Notes: a model not told the origin generated them from the sequence alone. A stretch of 62,952 nucleotides of DNA, filler included, from Ministeria vibrans ATCC 50519 (GCA_943704425.1; 13 parts of 13 records of this genome joined end to end with filler, not necessarily neighbours in it); one strand, 5' to 3'; positions 13,317 through 25,481 are shown, counted from the first letter of the whole stretch. Numbers and translations: made by a program.

Positions 13317-15346
13317 TCAATTCGATGATGAGTCCTTTGTGACATGACGCACAGGCAGTGCTTTGTAGCAGTCGTTAAATTGGCGCATGTGGACATCGCC
13401 GGCTGCAGAGGGCACGCCCCACTCGCGATGAAGCATGTACAGACTTCCACTTGTGTTCACTTCGACTCTACGCAACAAACACACACAACCATTAGCATTA
13501 TTATTATTATTTAACCCTCACTGGATAGCGATTGCACTTGTGCTTTTGTTGTAGATCTGGTGACTGTATCATGAATAAATGGGTTGTATTCTTCTTCTTC
13601 TTCTTATTATTATTAACACTAATTTTTTCTTTACCTTCCTTTTTTCCCATCATTCAAACGGTAAATTTCAGGTGAAGGAACCTCCGACTGTGCAGATAGA
13701 GACGCAGGCCCAACACTGGAAATGTTGAGAGCAGGGTCGACTCGAATGTGCCTAATAGAACAAAAAAAAACAAAACAAACAAACAAAAAAACAACAAAGG
13801 ATCCGTCAAAGTTGGTCGCGCACACGAGAGAGACAACAACATAAAGTTTTCCACCTTGCGAGTAGTGAGACGGTAGCATTGCACTCGTGCGGGGCGCCCA
13901 GAATGACGGGAGTGCGTCCCGACGATACGATAGAGACACGTCCAAACGGCGCAGACGACAGCTGTACGGCAATCGACTCACCCCCGGAAAACACCTAAAA
14001 AAAGAAAACCGATCAGAATGGGACTCTCTTTGTCCCGTCTCATTTGTTTACCGTGAGATTGTCCGAGACCGACCCGACCTGGACTTTTCCCTTGTTGGAC
14101 ACACAATGAACATTTCCGTGAACTGACCCCACCGAGATTCCTTTGTGTGCAGTGAGCGACGCACAGTCTGAAACGTAAATGTCACTGGCCGTAAGCGATC
14201 CGTTTTGCGACAAAATGTGGGCCGTTTCGGATTGAACGCGCGTCACGGAGACATTGCCGTTGACAGTGCTAATATACGTATTGCCAATGAGTGGCTTGGC
14301 GACGCTAATGTCGCCCGAGAGCGACGACAGTTCCACCGAAGACCCTTCAAAGCCATTTTTCAGCATGACAGGGCCCAGTTCAGACTGAACAGAGAGTGAT
14401 CCTCCCGTGAGACGGTCCTCAATGGCAATGGCCGCAGTGCCCTGGGCTCGCACGTTGACATTGACGTTGGGTGGAATCTGCACTTCGAGGGCAAAAGGAA
14501 TGTCTTGGGTGTCCGCTTCGTTGGCCTGTTTCGTGTAAAAGTGAATGAATTTGGGCACAAAGGGCTCGTCGCGCGTCTTTGTCGGTGCGACTCCTTCTCC
14601 TCCGGTCGCTGCTGTTGCTGACGAAGATGGTGTCGTTCGTGAGGTTAATGCTGGTGACTTGTCAAGTACGACTGAGTCGCAGACTTTGGCAAAGGCTCGC
14701 GCAAGGCTGTCAATGAGGTGATCCGTTTGCTCTTCCGTCGCCGTTTCCGTCTCCGATGACGCTGTGGCCGCCGCCTTGGTCGTCTCGGGGCTGCTGGGGA
14801 TCTCCTCAAGGACGTGAGCGTCTGCTGCGGCACCAGGAAGCGTCGGAAAGGGCGACTGTTTGCTTGCGACGACCGACACCCGTCCGTCGTCATCGCCAAC
14901 GCGACAATTGAGCTTGATGGCACGCTTGAAGAAGTCGCTGGCGTCGTTGCTATCCTTGAATGTCGATGAGGAGGACACAGCGCGGACCGAGACGTCCGTA
15001 AGAGCTCCTGCGAGCGCCATTTTAGTGCATTCTTTTTTTTTTTCTTCACACATCGACCGAGAAAATGCGAATTACCAGGATCAAGAACATTGTTCACTCT
15101 GAGGGACACCGACATGGGCGAGACAATGCTGATGGATGTGCAGGGCCGCTTCTCAAGCGACTTGGACCACGAGACGACCTGGAGAGAGGGCAAGTTCAGC
15201 GGAGGCGACGCTTCACGATCACCCGCCATTCCTCGCACCTGGTGGGGTGTCGTCGCCGCCGCCGTGTTGGAAGAGCGGCGCCATGCACCACGCAGGCTTG
15301 TCACTGCCCGACCAACTAACGAGAGGTCTTTGTTATGTCGAAACAT
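13317..15346 (-). CDS. DUF4097 (adhesin-like beta-helix) protein, FAM185A-like, with probable mitochondrial presequence; multi-exon
   Basis: Repeats SSLSGDISV / STVNGNVSV / SQNGSLT / SNKGKVQV; Arg-rich, acid-poor N-terminus. Confidence 0.65.
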
Positions 15347-15435
15347 GACTAAAATAATAACAAGTCAGTATTGAATGTGTCATTCATCTCAAAAATGATA
15401 AATCACTTTTAATCACACAAGATTCATTTTGCTTG

Positions 15436-16017
15436 ATGATCAAGCGCATGGTAAAACACTTGAGGGTCGGCGCGAATGTGGTATTCAACAAATGGGAGAG
15501 ATAAAAAAGAGACAATGTAAAAGTATCAACGACGCAGGTTGTGCAAATGTCGCTGACAGCTCACAGCAGCACTGACGAGGACTGGTTTGGCGACGTTCAG
15601 CTGCAGGTATGAGCCGTGTGTGCCTATCGGCTGGCGGCGACCCTTCCAGACCTCTGGGTTGTCTTGTGTAGGAGGTTTTGGCGGCGTTGCACGACGTTCT
15701 GCCGGCCCTGTTGAAAAGGGACCAGGAAGTGTTTGAATCGGACGTTGCTGCCAAGAAGTCCACTGGCAAAGCTGCTAGTGCCAATGATCTTACATGCATC
15801 TATGCGTAAGCCGAAGATTGCAGTCACGGCGCGTCACAACCATTGTCTCTGCAGTGACTCCCTTAGCATGGTCGTCCGACTCGAACCACTGCGCAACTGG
15901 CAAAGTTTCCTTTCGCCCACGACTCACACACGCGCGGAGAAGCAGCAACATCCGCGATACATGAGCATGCGACTGCTGCGCAACGCAGTCATCGTCACAG
16001 TGCTCCAAAAGGATCGC

Positions 16018-16053
<36 letters not shown>

Positions 16054-17242
16054 ACAACAGCGGTACAACCTTCACGCGCAGATAGCCAATTGGCGCTTCT
16101 CAAGGCAGCCGGATTGCCTGAAAACTCCTCAGCTGTCATCACCGAGCACACATCACCAGTGCGAAAGGCGGGTCGCGTTCAAAAGCGCAGTGGGAGGGAA
16201 CAAGACAACGGGGCGCACGATGATTTTGGGGTGTTTGTGGACGAACGCGAAGCTTCAGAGTCGCCTGAGAAGAAACGACTGAAATTCGGAGAAGCAGATG
16301 ATGAAAGAGGGGGCGAGAAGGAAGAGGAGAAGGAAGAGGAGCAAGAACAGAATGTAGTGAAGGTGTTGGAGGATGAGAGTGACGATTCAGACGGAGACGG
16401 AGGGGAAGAGGGAACAGAACGTGAGAGGGAGAGTGATGATGGTGGACTCAATGCGACGCAATTGGAACTGAAACCGACTCAAGAATCGGAATACTATCAG
16501 ATGAGTGATCAGGCGCTCATTAATTCCGTCAAGTCACTTGGTACCAATGAGAGCTGATTGTGTTAGTGTTAAAACTCAATTATTATCGTGGAAGTGTCAC
16601 TTTCACTCACAAAATAACTACTTATCACTATATTACTCACAGTTCATCAATCTCCCTTTTCTCACACAACCACTGTCCACTTCCCATTCAATCACTCTTT
16701 TCTAATGCCTCGCTCTTTTCATCACTTTGTTTCTCACTCTATCTCGATGTTTCCCACTCCCTCTCCCTCTCTCGACCTTCCCATTGACTCATTCTAGTAT
16801 TTGACTCTCCCTATCTCTCTCTTTCACTTGCTGTTCCTAACCCTAACCCCAATCACTCCTGTTTCAATTTTCCTCATTCTACTCTCTGTCTCTACCACAG
16901 TCCCCCATTTGCGTCGCATCCTTCGTGGTGAAACCCCACACGATCTACACTCCCAATTCCATTTGTCCCATCGCACTCGCAGAATTGCAGTGGATTTTGC
17001 CGCGAATTTGGCCGCTCACTCAAACTTTTCCGAACGTCAAGTCGAACATATTTCAAGAGTAAGCTGCTCCATGCAAGCAATCACGCACAAAATGACTCTC
17101 AACTGATTGTGTGTTGTAGACCTTACGAGAGACATTTTGTAGTAAGGTTCCAATGGGAGTTCCGTACGTATATTGTGTCTTGATGCCCGAAACTCTTTTG
17201 TGCCTTTCCGCCAAATTTGACAAAGACAAATCCAATATGTAA
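15436..17242 (+). CDS. 6-exon protein: SLX4IP(UPF0492)-like N-terminus, acidic linker, PWWP3/MUM1-like C-terminal domain
   Basis: Manual GT-AG splicing gives MIKRMVKHLRVGANV|VVQM..EDWFGDVQLQ|EVLAALHDVL.. and VPHLRRILRG..SERQVEHISR|TLRETF..YVYCVLMPETLLCLSAKFD; intron phases are consistent. Confidence 0.55.
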
Positions 17243-17388
17243 AACAAAGTTTATGTGTGTAAAACTGTAACATATTTGACAATACCACTCACAAAGAGAG
17301 AGAGAGGAGAAAGAAACAAAGCGATAGGCAGAGAGAGAGAAGAAAGAAACAAAGCGATAAAGAGAGAGTGAGAGTGAGAGGGTGAAAA

Positions 17389-18609
17389 TCAGCCGAGAGT
17401 GGCGGAAGTGGTTCCGAAGATAAAGTGTGGGTGAATGTGCGAGGGATAACCCTTTGTGTACATTCGAATCAGCAAAAACGACCTACAACAACAACAAGTC
17501 CTTTTAGTCTTCTTTTTTTTTGTGTGTGTGTGTGAATTGTCTCTCACTGTTCAGGCGCAATTTGCTTGACCATTTCAATTCCAAGCGGATTCAACGACGG
17601 GACGTCGATTGAAAAAATCCGGTCAGCGTCGCCAACAAGTTGCGTTGCACTGTCGTTTCGGGTGTGCATTGAATCAATTAGTGCCTTGAGAAGATTCTCC
17701 GCCACAGATGTTGTCTAAAAAAATGACATAGCCGTTCACATAACACACACACACACACCACAAAGAACCAAAAAGACAGACAGACAAAGCACGACAATAA
17801 AAACGCACTCACACACATAATTATAATAAATAATAATAACGATTAATTATAATGGATTATTATTATTAGAAGTATACATAAACACACACACACACACACA
17901 ATCATAATAATAATTATAACTATTATTATAAATAATATTAATGAAAGCCAACAAGCTGAGAACCGTCTACCATTGCAAACAGAGGACCGACACGCAGAGT
18001 CAATTGTCCGCGACGCACCGCTCCAAATCCGTTGATCTCTTGTGTCGTAGAGTCGATTGAAACAAGTGATATGCTCTCGGGCAGCCTGATCCAGTGGGCG
18101 AGGAACGCTTCTCGCTGTGCCGGGAAACACAGCTGATCGAAGTTTGAAAGCTGATCAAAATCAACATCGCTTGCGCGTTTGAGCTCGCCATGACGAATAT
18201 CGCCGGTGTAAGGGCGGACCACGCCGGAATAGCGCATGCTAGTGTACGCGCGACGGAAGCCGCTCTTCTCGTACGTCTTCTCCTCCTGCGGCACTGCATC
18301 CAGTCCCACATTTGCCGCACCGGCATGGCTCAGCGCGTGCCCGAATATCTCCCGCCCATAGCCACGCCCGCGCATGTCTTTGCGCACAATGTAAAAGCCG
18401 ACAAAGGCCTCGCCGCCGTTCACAACACAACTGCACATTGCAATGATTTCGTCGCTTTTCTCCGCTCGCAACACAAAGAAGCCCTGCGGATCGGACGCGA
18501 AGAACGACGCACCGTCATGCACGCCCGGATTCCACTGCTCCTGGCGCGCCCACGCCATGAACACATCCACAACGGTGTCCTTGTCAGCCAGGGAGATTGT
18601 GTGCGGCAT
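17389..18609 (-). CDS. Tandem GNAT acetyltransferase (YitH/holothin-acyltransferase-like); 3 exons
   Basis: EQWNPG, GFYIVRKDMRGRGYG, GLDAV..YEKSGF, RVGPLFA|TTSVAENLL..IDVP..|RMYTKG..IFGTTSATLG*. Confidence 0.88.
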
Positions 18610-18699
18610 GGCATGCGTATGACAATGAACCTAGGTCGTCACAAAAATAATAACAATAAGTCAACAATTGATCGATCATCATTCAAAAAATTTCTCGTA

Positions 18700-21195
18700 A
18701 TGAAACTTCTCACTGCTTCTCACATTGAACTGGGACCCACCTCGGACCCTACGTGGACTGTGGCCGTCCATCTGAACGACGGCCAGGGTCGTCTGCTGGT
18801 GGCACTCCTCGACGAGCATCTCATTCGAGTGCTGCACGTCCCCGCCTCCAACACGCTTCTGGTGCCGCGCTCCTGGAGCACAGTGCCGCCCCTGCATGGG
18901 GACGACCCCATCGACGGCCGCGAGCGCATCAGCAACGTCGGCTACCCGCTGCGCTCCCCTGCAGGCGTCAGCATTGCCGACGACGGCACAAGCGCGTCGC
19001 TCGCCACGACATTAGTGCGTCTCGACATTCGCTGTTGTCCCTCTCTGCGCCTTGGCTTCTTCTGCGCACAGAGCGGCGACGAACTCGCGCAGGACACCGA
19101 CACCAACGCGTACTTTGTGGGCGAGCCCGACTGTCACGAAGCAGCGGGTGCGTGGATGAGGCACACGGTGCGCCGCCTCGACGGCCAGCGCTTCTTTGGG
19201 CTCGGCGAAAAGACCGGTCCGCTGGAGCGTACGGAACGTCGCTACCGCATGGCATGCGTCGACGCCATGGGCTACAATGCCGAGCTGTCAGATCCGCTGT
19301 ACAAACACATCCCGGCGCTTGTGGTCAAGACGCGTCACTCAGCGTGCGCCTTTGTCTACGACGTCCAAGGCGAAATGGCCTTCGACACAGGCTGCGAACG
19401 CTCCAACTACCACGGCATCTACCGCACCGTTGAAGCACCGCGCGGCGCCGATCTAGACATGTATTGTGTGGCGGGACCGCGGCTGCGCGACGTCGTTCCG
19501 CGCCTGGCGCGCCTGTACGGTGGACATGCATTCTCGCCAAAATGGGCGCTGGGCTACTCTGCTTCCACCATGGCCTATACCGACGCCGCGGAGCCCATGG
19601 AGGCGTTTCGGGAGTTTCTCGCTCGGTGTGCGACGCACCACGTGCCCTGCGACTCCTTCCAGCTCTCCAGCGGCTACACCCTCATCGATGGGAAGCGGTG
19701 TGTCTTTACGTGGGATCGCTCGCGGTTCGATCCGCTCGAGCTCAGTCGCATGTTCGAAGAGGCGCAAATGCGTCTGGCGGCCAACGTCAAGCCGTGTCTG
19801 CTTACGACACACCCGCTGTACGCCGAGGCGTTGCGCCAGCGGCTGTTTGTCGAGACGGCGCAGGGAGAGGCGGTTGTTGAGCCCTTCTGGGCGGGCAGTG
19901 GGTCCTTTCTGGACTTTTTGCGCCCGCAGACACGCGAGTGGTGGCAGCGCAAGCTCAGTGAGGAGGTACTGGGAATGGGGATTGGGACAGCGTGGAACGA
20001 CAACAATGAGTATGAGATTGCAAGTGCGCATGCACAAGTGAGGGTGGGGGCTCTTGCGCAGAGCGCAGTCGATGATGAGGGCGGTGGCGTCGACGACGAT
20101 GACGCATTCATTGGTAGGGGTACGCTCGTGCCATTGGACCGACTGCGGCCTGTCATGGCGCTGCTTATGACGCGCGTGTCGTACGAAGCGCAGTGTGCGC
20201 GTCGGCCCCGCGAGCGGGCGCACGCCATTGTGCGCTCGGGTGGGCTGGGAGTGCAGCGGTACGCACAGACGTGGAGCGGAGACAATGCGACGTCGTGGCA
20301 CTCGCTCAAGTGGAATATTCGAATGGCGTCGGGACTGTCCCTCTCAGGAATTTTCAATCATTCACACGACTGCGGTGGGTTTAGTGGTCCCACGCCGGAC
20401 GCGGAGCTTCTCACGCGATGGGTCGAGTCGGTCCTGTTGCATCCGCGCTTCACAATGCACTCGTGGAAAGACGACGGTACCGCTACCATGCCCTGGCTGC
20501 ATCCAGGCACACCTACCGAGCATGTGGTCGGGCTGCTGCGTTTGCGCTATTCCCTCCTGCCTCATTTGTACACGCTGCTTTGGCGCGCCGTCCACTACCA
20601 CGAGCCAATTGTGCTGCCCGTGCTCTACTATTATGGCGAGGAGGAAGAGGAGCACAACGGCCCGTGCTGGGCCGACTCCGATGCCTACCTTGTGGGTGAG
20701 TCCCTGCTGCTGGCGCCTGTCACTGCACCCGCTGAAAGCACGAAGCGCGTGTGGTTGCCGCTTGCGGCCGGCGCGCACTGGACCAATTGGTACACGGGAG
20801 AGCAGCATTGTGGTGCGCAATGGATCACGGTGAGTGCTCCTGTGGGCAATGGACCGCCCATGTTTGTGCGGAGTGGCTCTGTGGTGGCGGTGACAGACAA
20901 GCCGGGCGAGAGGGTGGCGCACGGAGACCGTCAGCGCGCGCTTGTGGTGTTTCCGCCAGGCCTTGGTCAGGCGCCACTAGTCGACGTCGAGGTGTTGTAC
21001 GAGGACGACGGTCTGACGCGCGACGGCCCTGCGTGTATCTACTCGGTTGATGTGAATGTCGAACGCCAGTCGGACAGCACCGAGCAGGTGTGGGTGGTGA
21101 TGCGCCGTCGTGGTGATTTCGAGCCACCTTATGGTGAGATTGATGTCAGGTTAGGACCGAACGATGATCGAGAGTTGGTGTGTATTCGACAGTGA
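18700..21195 (+). CDS. Glycoside hydrolase family 31 alpha-glycosidase, Aec37-like, intronless
   Basis: FGLGEKTG, DAMGYNAE.SDPLYKHIP, FQLSSGYT, WNDNNEYEI (nucleophile region), QRYAQTWSGDN, HDCGGF, PRFTMHSW. Confidence 0.93.
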   Translation: MKLLTASHIELGPTSDPTWTVAVHLNDGQGRLLVALLDEHLIRVLHVPASNTLLVPRSWSTVPPLHGDDPIDGRERISNVGYPLRSPAGVSIADDGTSASLATTLVRLDIRCCPSLRLGFFCAQSGDELAQDTDTNAYFVGEPDCHEAAGAWMRHTVRRLDGQRFFGLGEKTGPLERTERRYRMACVDAMGYNAELSDPLYKHIPALVVKTRHSACAFVYDVQGEMAFDTGCERSNYHGIYRTVEAPRGADLDMYCVAGPRLRDVVPRLARLYGGHAFSPKWALGYSASTMAYTDAAEPMEAFREFLARCATHHVPCDSFQLSSGYTLIDGKRCVFTWDRSRFDPLELSRMFEEAQMRLAANVKPCLLTTHPLYAEALRQRLFVETAQGEAVVEPFWAGSGSFLDFLRPQTREWWQRKLSEEVLGMGIGTAWNDNNEYEIASAHAQVRVGALAQSAVDDEGGGVDDDDAFIGRGTLVPLDRLRPVMALLMTRVSYEAQCARRPRERAHAIVRSGGLGVQRYAQTWSGDNATSWHSLKWNIRMASGLSLSGIFNHSHDCGGFSGPTPDAELLTRWVESVLLHPRFTMHSWKDDGTATMPWLHPGTPTEHVVGLLRLRYSLLPHLYTLLWRAVHYHEPIVLPVLYYYGEEEEEHNGPCWADSDAYLVGESLLLAPVTAPAESTKRVWLPLAAGAHWTNWYTGEQHCGAQWITVSAPVGNGPPMFVRSGSVVAVTDKPGERVAHGDRQRALVVFPPGLGQAPLVDVEVLYEDDGLTRDGPACIYSVDVNVERQSDSTEQVWVVMRRRGDFEPPYGEIDVRLGPNDDRELVCIRQ

Positions 21196-21450
21196 AGGAA
21201 CAACAATACGTTCGATTGCGTTTTTCGCGACTCGCTCCCCTTTTGACGGACTTTCGACGCTGCTCTTCCAGTGAGTACTTATTGATTATACTAAGAAAAA
21301 TACATAGAGAGCTGATTCAGCCTGCTTTCTTATTTGAGATCAAATAAACATTCAAGTTTTTAGTCAACAATCCAAGAGAATTAATAGAGAATTAATAGTG
21401 ATGAGTGAATGATTACAATCATTAGAATCAACCACCAAAATTATTCACAC

Positions 21451-22875
21451 ATGTCTTCAGCAACGACTTCAACGACAACCACCGCTGCTGCTGAGGGCAG
21501 TCTCGCGGCGAAGAAGGCCGAGGAAGAGACGCGGTTCCGCGAGCGCTTTCTGATCGCCGGAATGAATGAGCCCAACGCACGCGAAAAGGCCCGCAGCAAG
21601 GCCCGCGAGGCTCTCGACGAGATGATCACGTTCATCACCCCCTTGGTGCACAAGGACGCCGGTATTCACTTTGTGCTCTTTTTTTTGCTTACAAAAAAAA
21701 ATGCGATGAGCAATCTTGATTCTTTTTTTTTTCTTTGCATAACAATCTCTCTCTGATTCTCTCTCACTTTGCTTTGTCCAGGGGCGGACGAGCCTGCAGC
21801 GCTTCCGCCACGCATCATGGCACTGCTGCTGCGTGTCGGCGACGACGCCAGCATGCTTGGGAATGTGCCAGTGCGCAACATGTTCCTCTCGCTGATTGCC
21901 GACGGACGCATTGAGCGCGAAGAACAGATCGCCATTGCGCTGCGACACTTCAAAATGGACATGCCGACGCTGGAAAAGCTCTGTGGCGTTGGTGTGGTGG
22001 TGGGTGCCGACGAGATTGCCGCTGTCGTTGCGGCAGTTGTCGAGGAGCACCGTGCAACGCTTGTCGAGCAGCGCTACCGAGCGCCCGTCGGCAAGATGCT
22101 TGTCGAGGCGCGCAACCGCATCCCGTTTGCCGTGAGCAAGGCAGTCCGCGAAGAGTTAGATCGACAAGTTGAGGCGTTGCTCGGTCCCAAGACGGAGGCG
22201 GACATGGGCAAGAAGCCCAAGCAGAAGAAGGGCCAAGCGAGCACCGCCACCGCCACCGCCACCGCCACATCGACAGCAACAGCAGCCACCGCCGATGCCA
22301 GTCCCAGTAGCAGCAACACGGAGGCAGAGCAGATTGTGACGCCGTGGGAGGTACACGGAAGCAGCGACAAGGGCGTCGACTACGAAAAGCTCACGCGCGA
22401 CTTTGGTTGCGAGCGCATCACTCCAGACCTTTTGGCGCGCATGGCACGCGTCACAGGGCAGCCAGTCCACACATTCCTGCGTCGCGAACTGTTCTACTCG
22501 CACCGTGACCTGCATGCGCTGCTGGACACGGTCGAGCAAGGAAAGCCGTTTTACCTGTACACAGGACGCGGGCCCAGCTCGGAGAGCATGCACTTGGGCC
22601 ATTTGGTGCCCTTCTTGTGCTGTGCCTACCTCCAGCGCGCATTCAATGTTCCCATTGTCATCCAGATGACCGACGACGAAAAGTTTCTCTGGAAGGACTA
22701 TCTCTCGCTCGAGAAGGCTCATTCGTTGGCCTTTGAGAACGCAAAGGATATTATTGCGGCCGGTTTTGATCGCGAGAAAACGTTCATTTTTGTCGACTCT
22801 GACTTTGTGGGTGGTCCCTTTTACAAAAATATGGTCAAGTTTCAGCGTCGCGTGACATTCAATCAGGCAAAGGGC
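21451..22875 (+). CDS. WARS1: Cytosolic tryptophanyl-tRNA synthetase with GlnRS-type N-terminal domain; 3' exons absent
   Basis: [57 protein letters not shown]; donor GTAAG at 22876; no KMSAS exon visible. Confidence 0.95.
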
Positions 22876-23017
22876 GTAAGACAATAATACTACTAAGAGA
22901 GTGAGAGACATTTCACACTCATTTACTCAACTCAAACCGCACGTCTGATCACAATTTCACCCACTCTCTTGCAATTCCACTCAGTTTCATTTCGCTCACT
23001 CAATCACATTCATTTTT

Positions 23018-23225
<208 letters not shown>

Positions 23226-23268
23226 TTAGTTTGTCCCTTTTCGCTCTCTTCTTCTCTCAGTCTCATAC

Positions 23269-23934
23269 GTCCTTGGGAACAAGTTGAAACTCGGGAGTGA
23301 GCGGGACTAGTTCAACACGAACATCGTTGACTGCCGCGCTGACTTTGTACATTCCGTAAGTGGGGGGACACACCAGAATGGCTGTAAACGAGGATGAGAG
23401 ATCACCAATGACACACACGAATAAGATATTTCTACCGTCCTTGCCGGGAACACAGAAGATGCGCATCAGCAGATCGATGGCTTCGTCGCTGCCGACGCCC
23501 GTGAAGACGTTCTCTGGCGCAATGCCACTGTAACATAGAGTGAGCTCCCTCTGGCGTTGCGAGCGCCCCAGACAAGGTCTGCGTACCGGAAATCAGCAAC
23601 ACGGCGCTTCAGGTCGAGCTGGTAGGGACACGGGTAGCGGTTGAGGCCTTCGTGGGCGTGTGCCTGGCGGAGAGAGGGAAAGGAGAAACCATTGATCAAT
23701 AGTAAGAGGCACTGTTGCGGCGGATGCGGTGGCGTACGTCGCTCGTTACAGACCCGTAGGCATTCTCATTGGCGTCAAGGAGGATCCCTGGACGAGAGGG
23801 GCGTGAGATCAGAGAGACTGAGTCGAATTTTGAGTACCGTCGCTGTAGTCGTCGCGAGCGCACCGATACGGCACAAGCGCAAGAACGTTGGGTCGCACAA
23901 GGGCCGCCAGAGCTGTTTCAGCGCTGTCAGTCAT
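23269..23934 (-). CDS. HIS5: Histidinol-phosphate aminotransferase, 5' part only
   Basis: VRPNVLALVPYRCARDDY|ILLDANENAYG|LNRYPCPYQ..|ENVFTGVGSDEAIDLLMRIFCVPGKD|..PPTYGMYKVSAAVNDV. Confidence 0.93.
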
Positions 23935-24137
23935 AATGGGTGAAACAAAAAAGAGAAAAAAAATTGTGAAATAGTTTAATAAGAATCGAAACCAATAAAA
24001 ATATCATATTATTCAATCTTTAAAACATGATAATAAATGTTACATTGTTCATCGCTGTGGCCGGCGGTGAATGTGGCACACCACATCAGATCAAAAACAA
24101 TAAAACAACTCTCTGTTCACTCTTCACTGGATCAGTC

Positions 24138-24153
24138 ATGACTCATGACTCAG
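24138..24153. promoter_or_regulatory. Overlapping AP-1/Gcn4-type sites ATGACTCAT and ATGACTCAG about 200 bp upstream of the HisC ATG
   Basis: Perfect match to the optimal Gcn4 site in a short intergenic interval. Confidence 0.4.
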
Positions 24154-24252
24154 TCATCTGTTCACCAGGGGCTTATGAGGCTTGGGATCACTAACGGCGC
24201 AAAAAAGGGGATAATGATGTAGTGCCTCGTCGCTTCTGTATTTCAGAATGGC

Positions 24253-25481
24253 CTACAACGGCGCACCATTACCCGTAGCCTCACTATTAAGCACGTCCAC
24301 CCATGATGCAAACCGAACGCCTGTCTGAACATACACACACACACACAGACAGTCGTCAAGTCAATACAACCTCTCATCCACTGTCAAAGTGTACCTTGAG
24401 CAGCGCAGCTTTCAATTGCGGTGCACACAGCAACTTCAACTCATGCTGTCGCTCCTTTGACCGATTAAACTCGTCCACTACATTACAACATAAAAAAAGA
24501 GAATATGGAAGTGTAACACAGTGCGTACGTCGCTCAGAACACTCTCCCGGATGGCACATCCACTCTACCGAGCGCACTCCTTCTTGACCACAGAGCCCCT
24601 CTACTGCGTGTACTACACGCTCAATGGTCAGGTGGGCGCCCATTAGAGCCAGTCCAACAAACCCACTTGTTGTGGTGAGACCCTAAGAAGGAAGACGGAG
24701 AACGTCAAAGAGACCGATGATCATCCGCGCATTCTTTCCTCACTTGGCGTCTGAATATATCTCGACTGACGGCCCCATACCGAGCAACTGTGCAGAGAAA
24801 TTCAGAAGGGACGAGCCACTCGCAAGAGTATATTTGAGGCTGAGTGAGAGGAACAGCGTTAGCCAAAGGTTGATGGGCATCGTTTTGTTTACGTCGTCTG
24901 GCACTCGAATCGCGCACAGTCCAGACTGGCGCATGACACGAGCAACAATGGGTGCCACATGTGGCCACACGTGAACATGCTGGTGGCCGTCGACGTGGGT
25001 TGGATCGGCGCCAACTTGTGTGCGAAACCATTCGATTTGTGCTTTGATCTCTCGAGTGACTTCGTCCATTGCTAACTCATCGAATCTGAGGGAGGTAGCA
25101 GAGGCGGTGGAAAGGCAACAGCGTCAGTCGAGCCAATGACATGGGGATAGCAGCAGTCGAAGAGAGCGCGCCTTACTCGTCGGATTCAGTGAAGTGGTGA
25201 AAGTGAAATTTGCCTCGGAAGTTCCCGTCCGCTCCGACCAGGCGTCGCAGCCCTTTGGAGACTGGCCTTCCCTCGGTAAGGTTCAAATGAAGTCCCAGCG
25301 GCAGTGAAGCATCCACAGCGCGCTCGATGGCCCGTGACTGGCAGTATGACGAGCAGTTGTCCACCAAGTTGCACACAAGCGATGCCGACGTGACACAGCC
25401 CTTTGCAAAAGCCTCGAGAATGCCACTGTCGCGCCCATCACACATGCCGTAGTCATCGGCATTGATGACAATCAGCTTCAT
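24253..25481 (-). CDS. YDJC: YdjC/ChbG-family carbohydrate deacetylase; multi-exon
   Basis: INADDYG, GVTSAS-like CVTSASL, GLHLNLTEG, EIKAQIEWF, THVDGHQHVH, EWMCHPG, R.HEL.LL. Confidence 0.92.

Noticed and set aside
16836-16850. CCTAACCCTAACCCC as a telomere or telomerase template (also near 58021)
   Set aside because: Only about 2 units, inside pyrimidine-rich introns
18190-18699. 1001-aa GH31 ORF N-terminal extension
   Set aside because: Antisense shadow of the GNAT gene plus AT-rich intergenic DNA; the likely start is 18700
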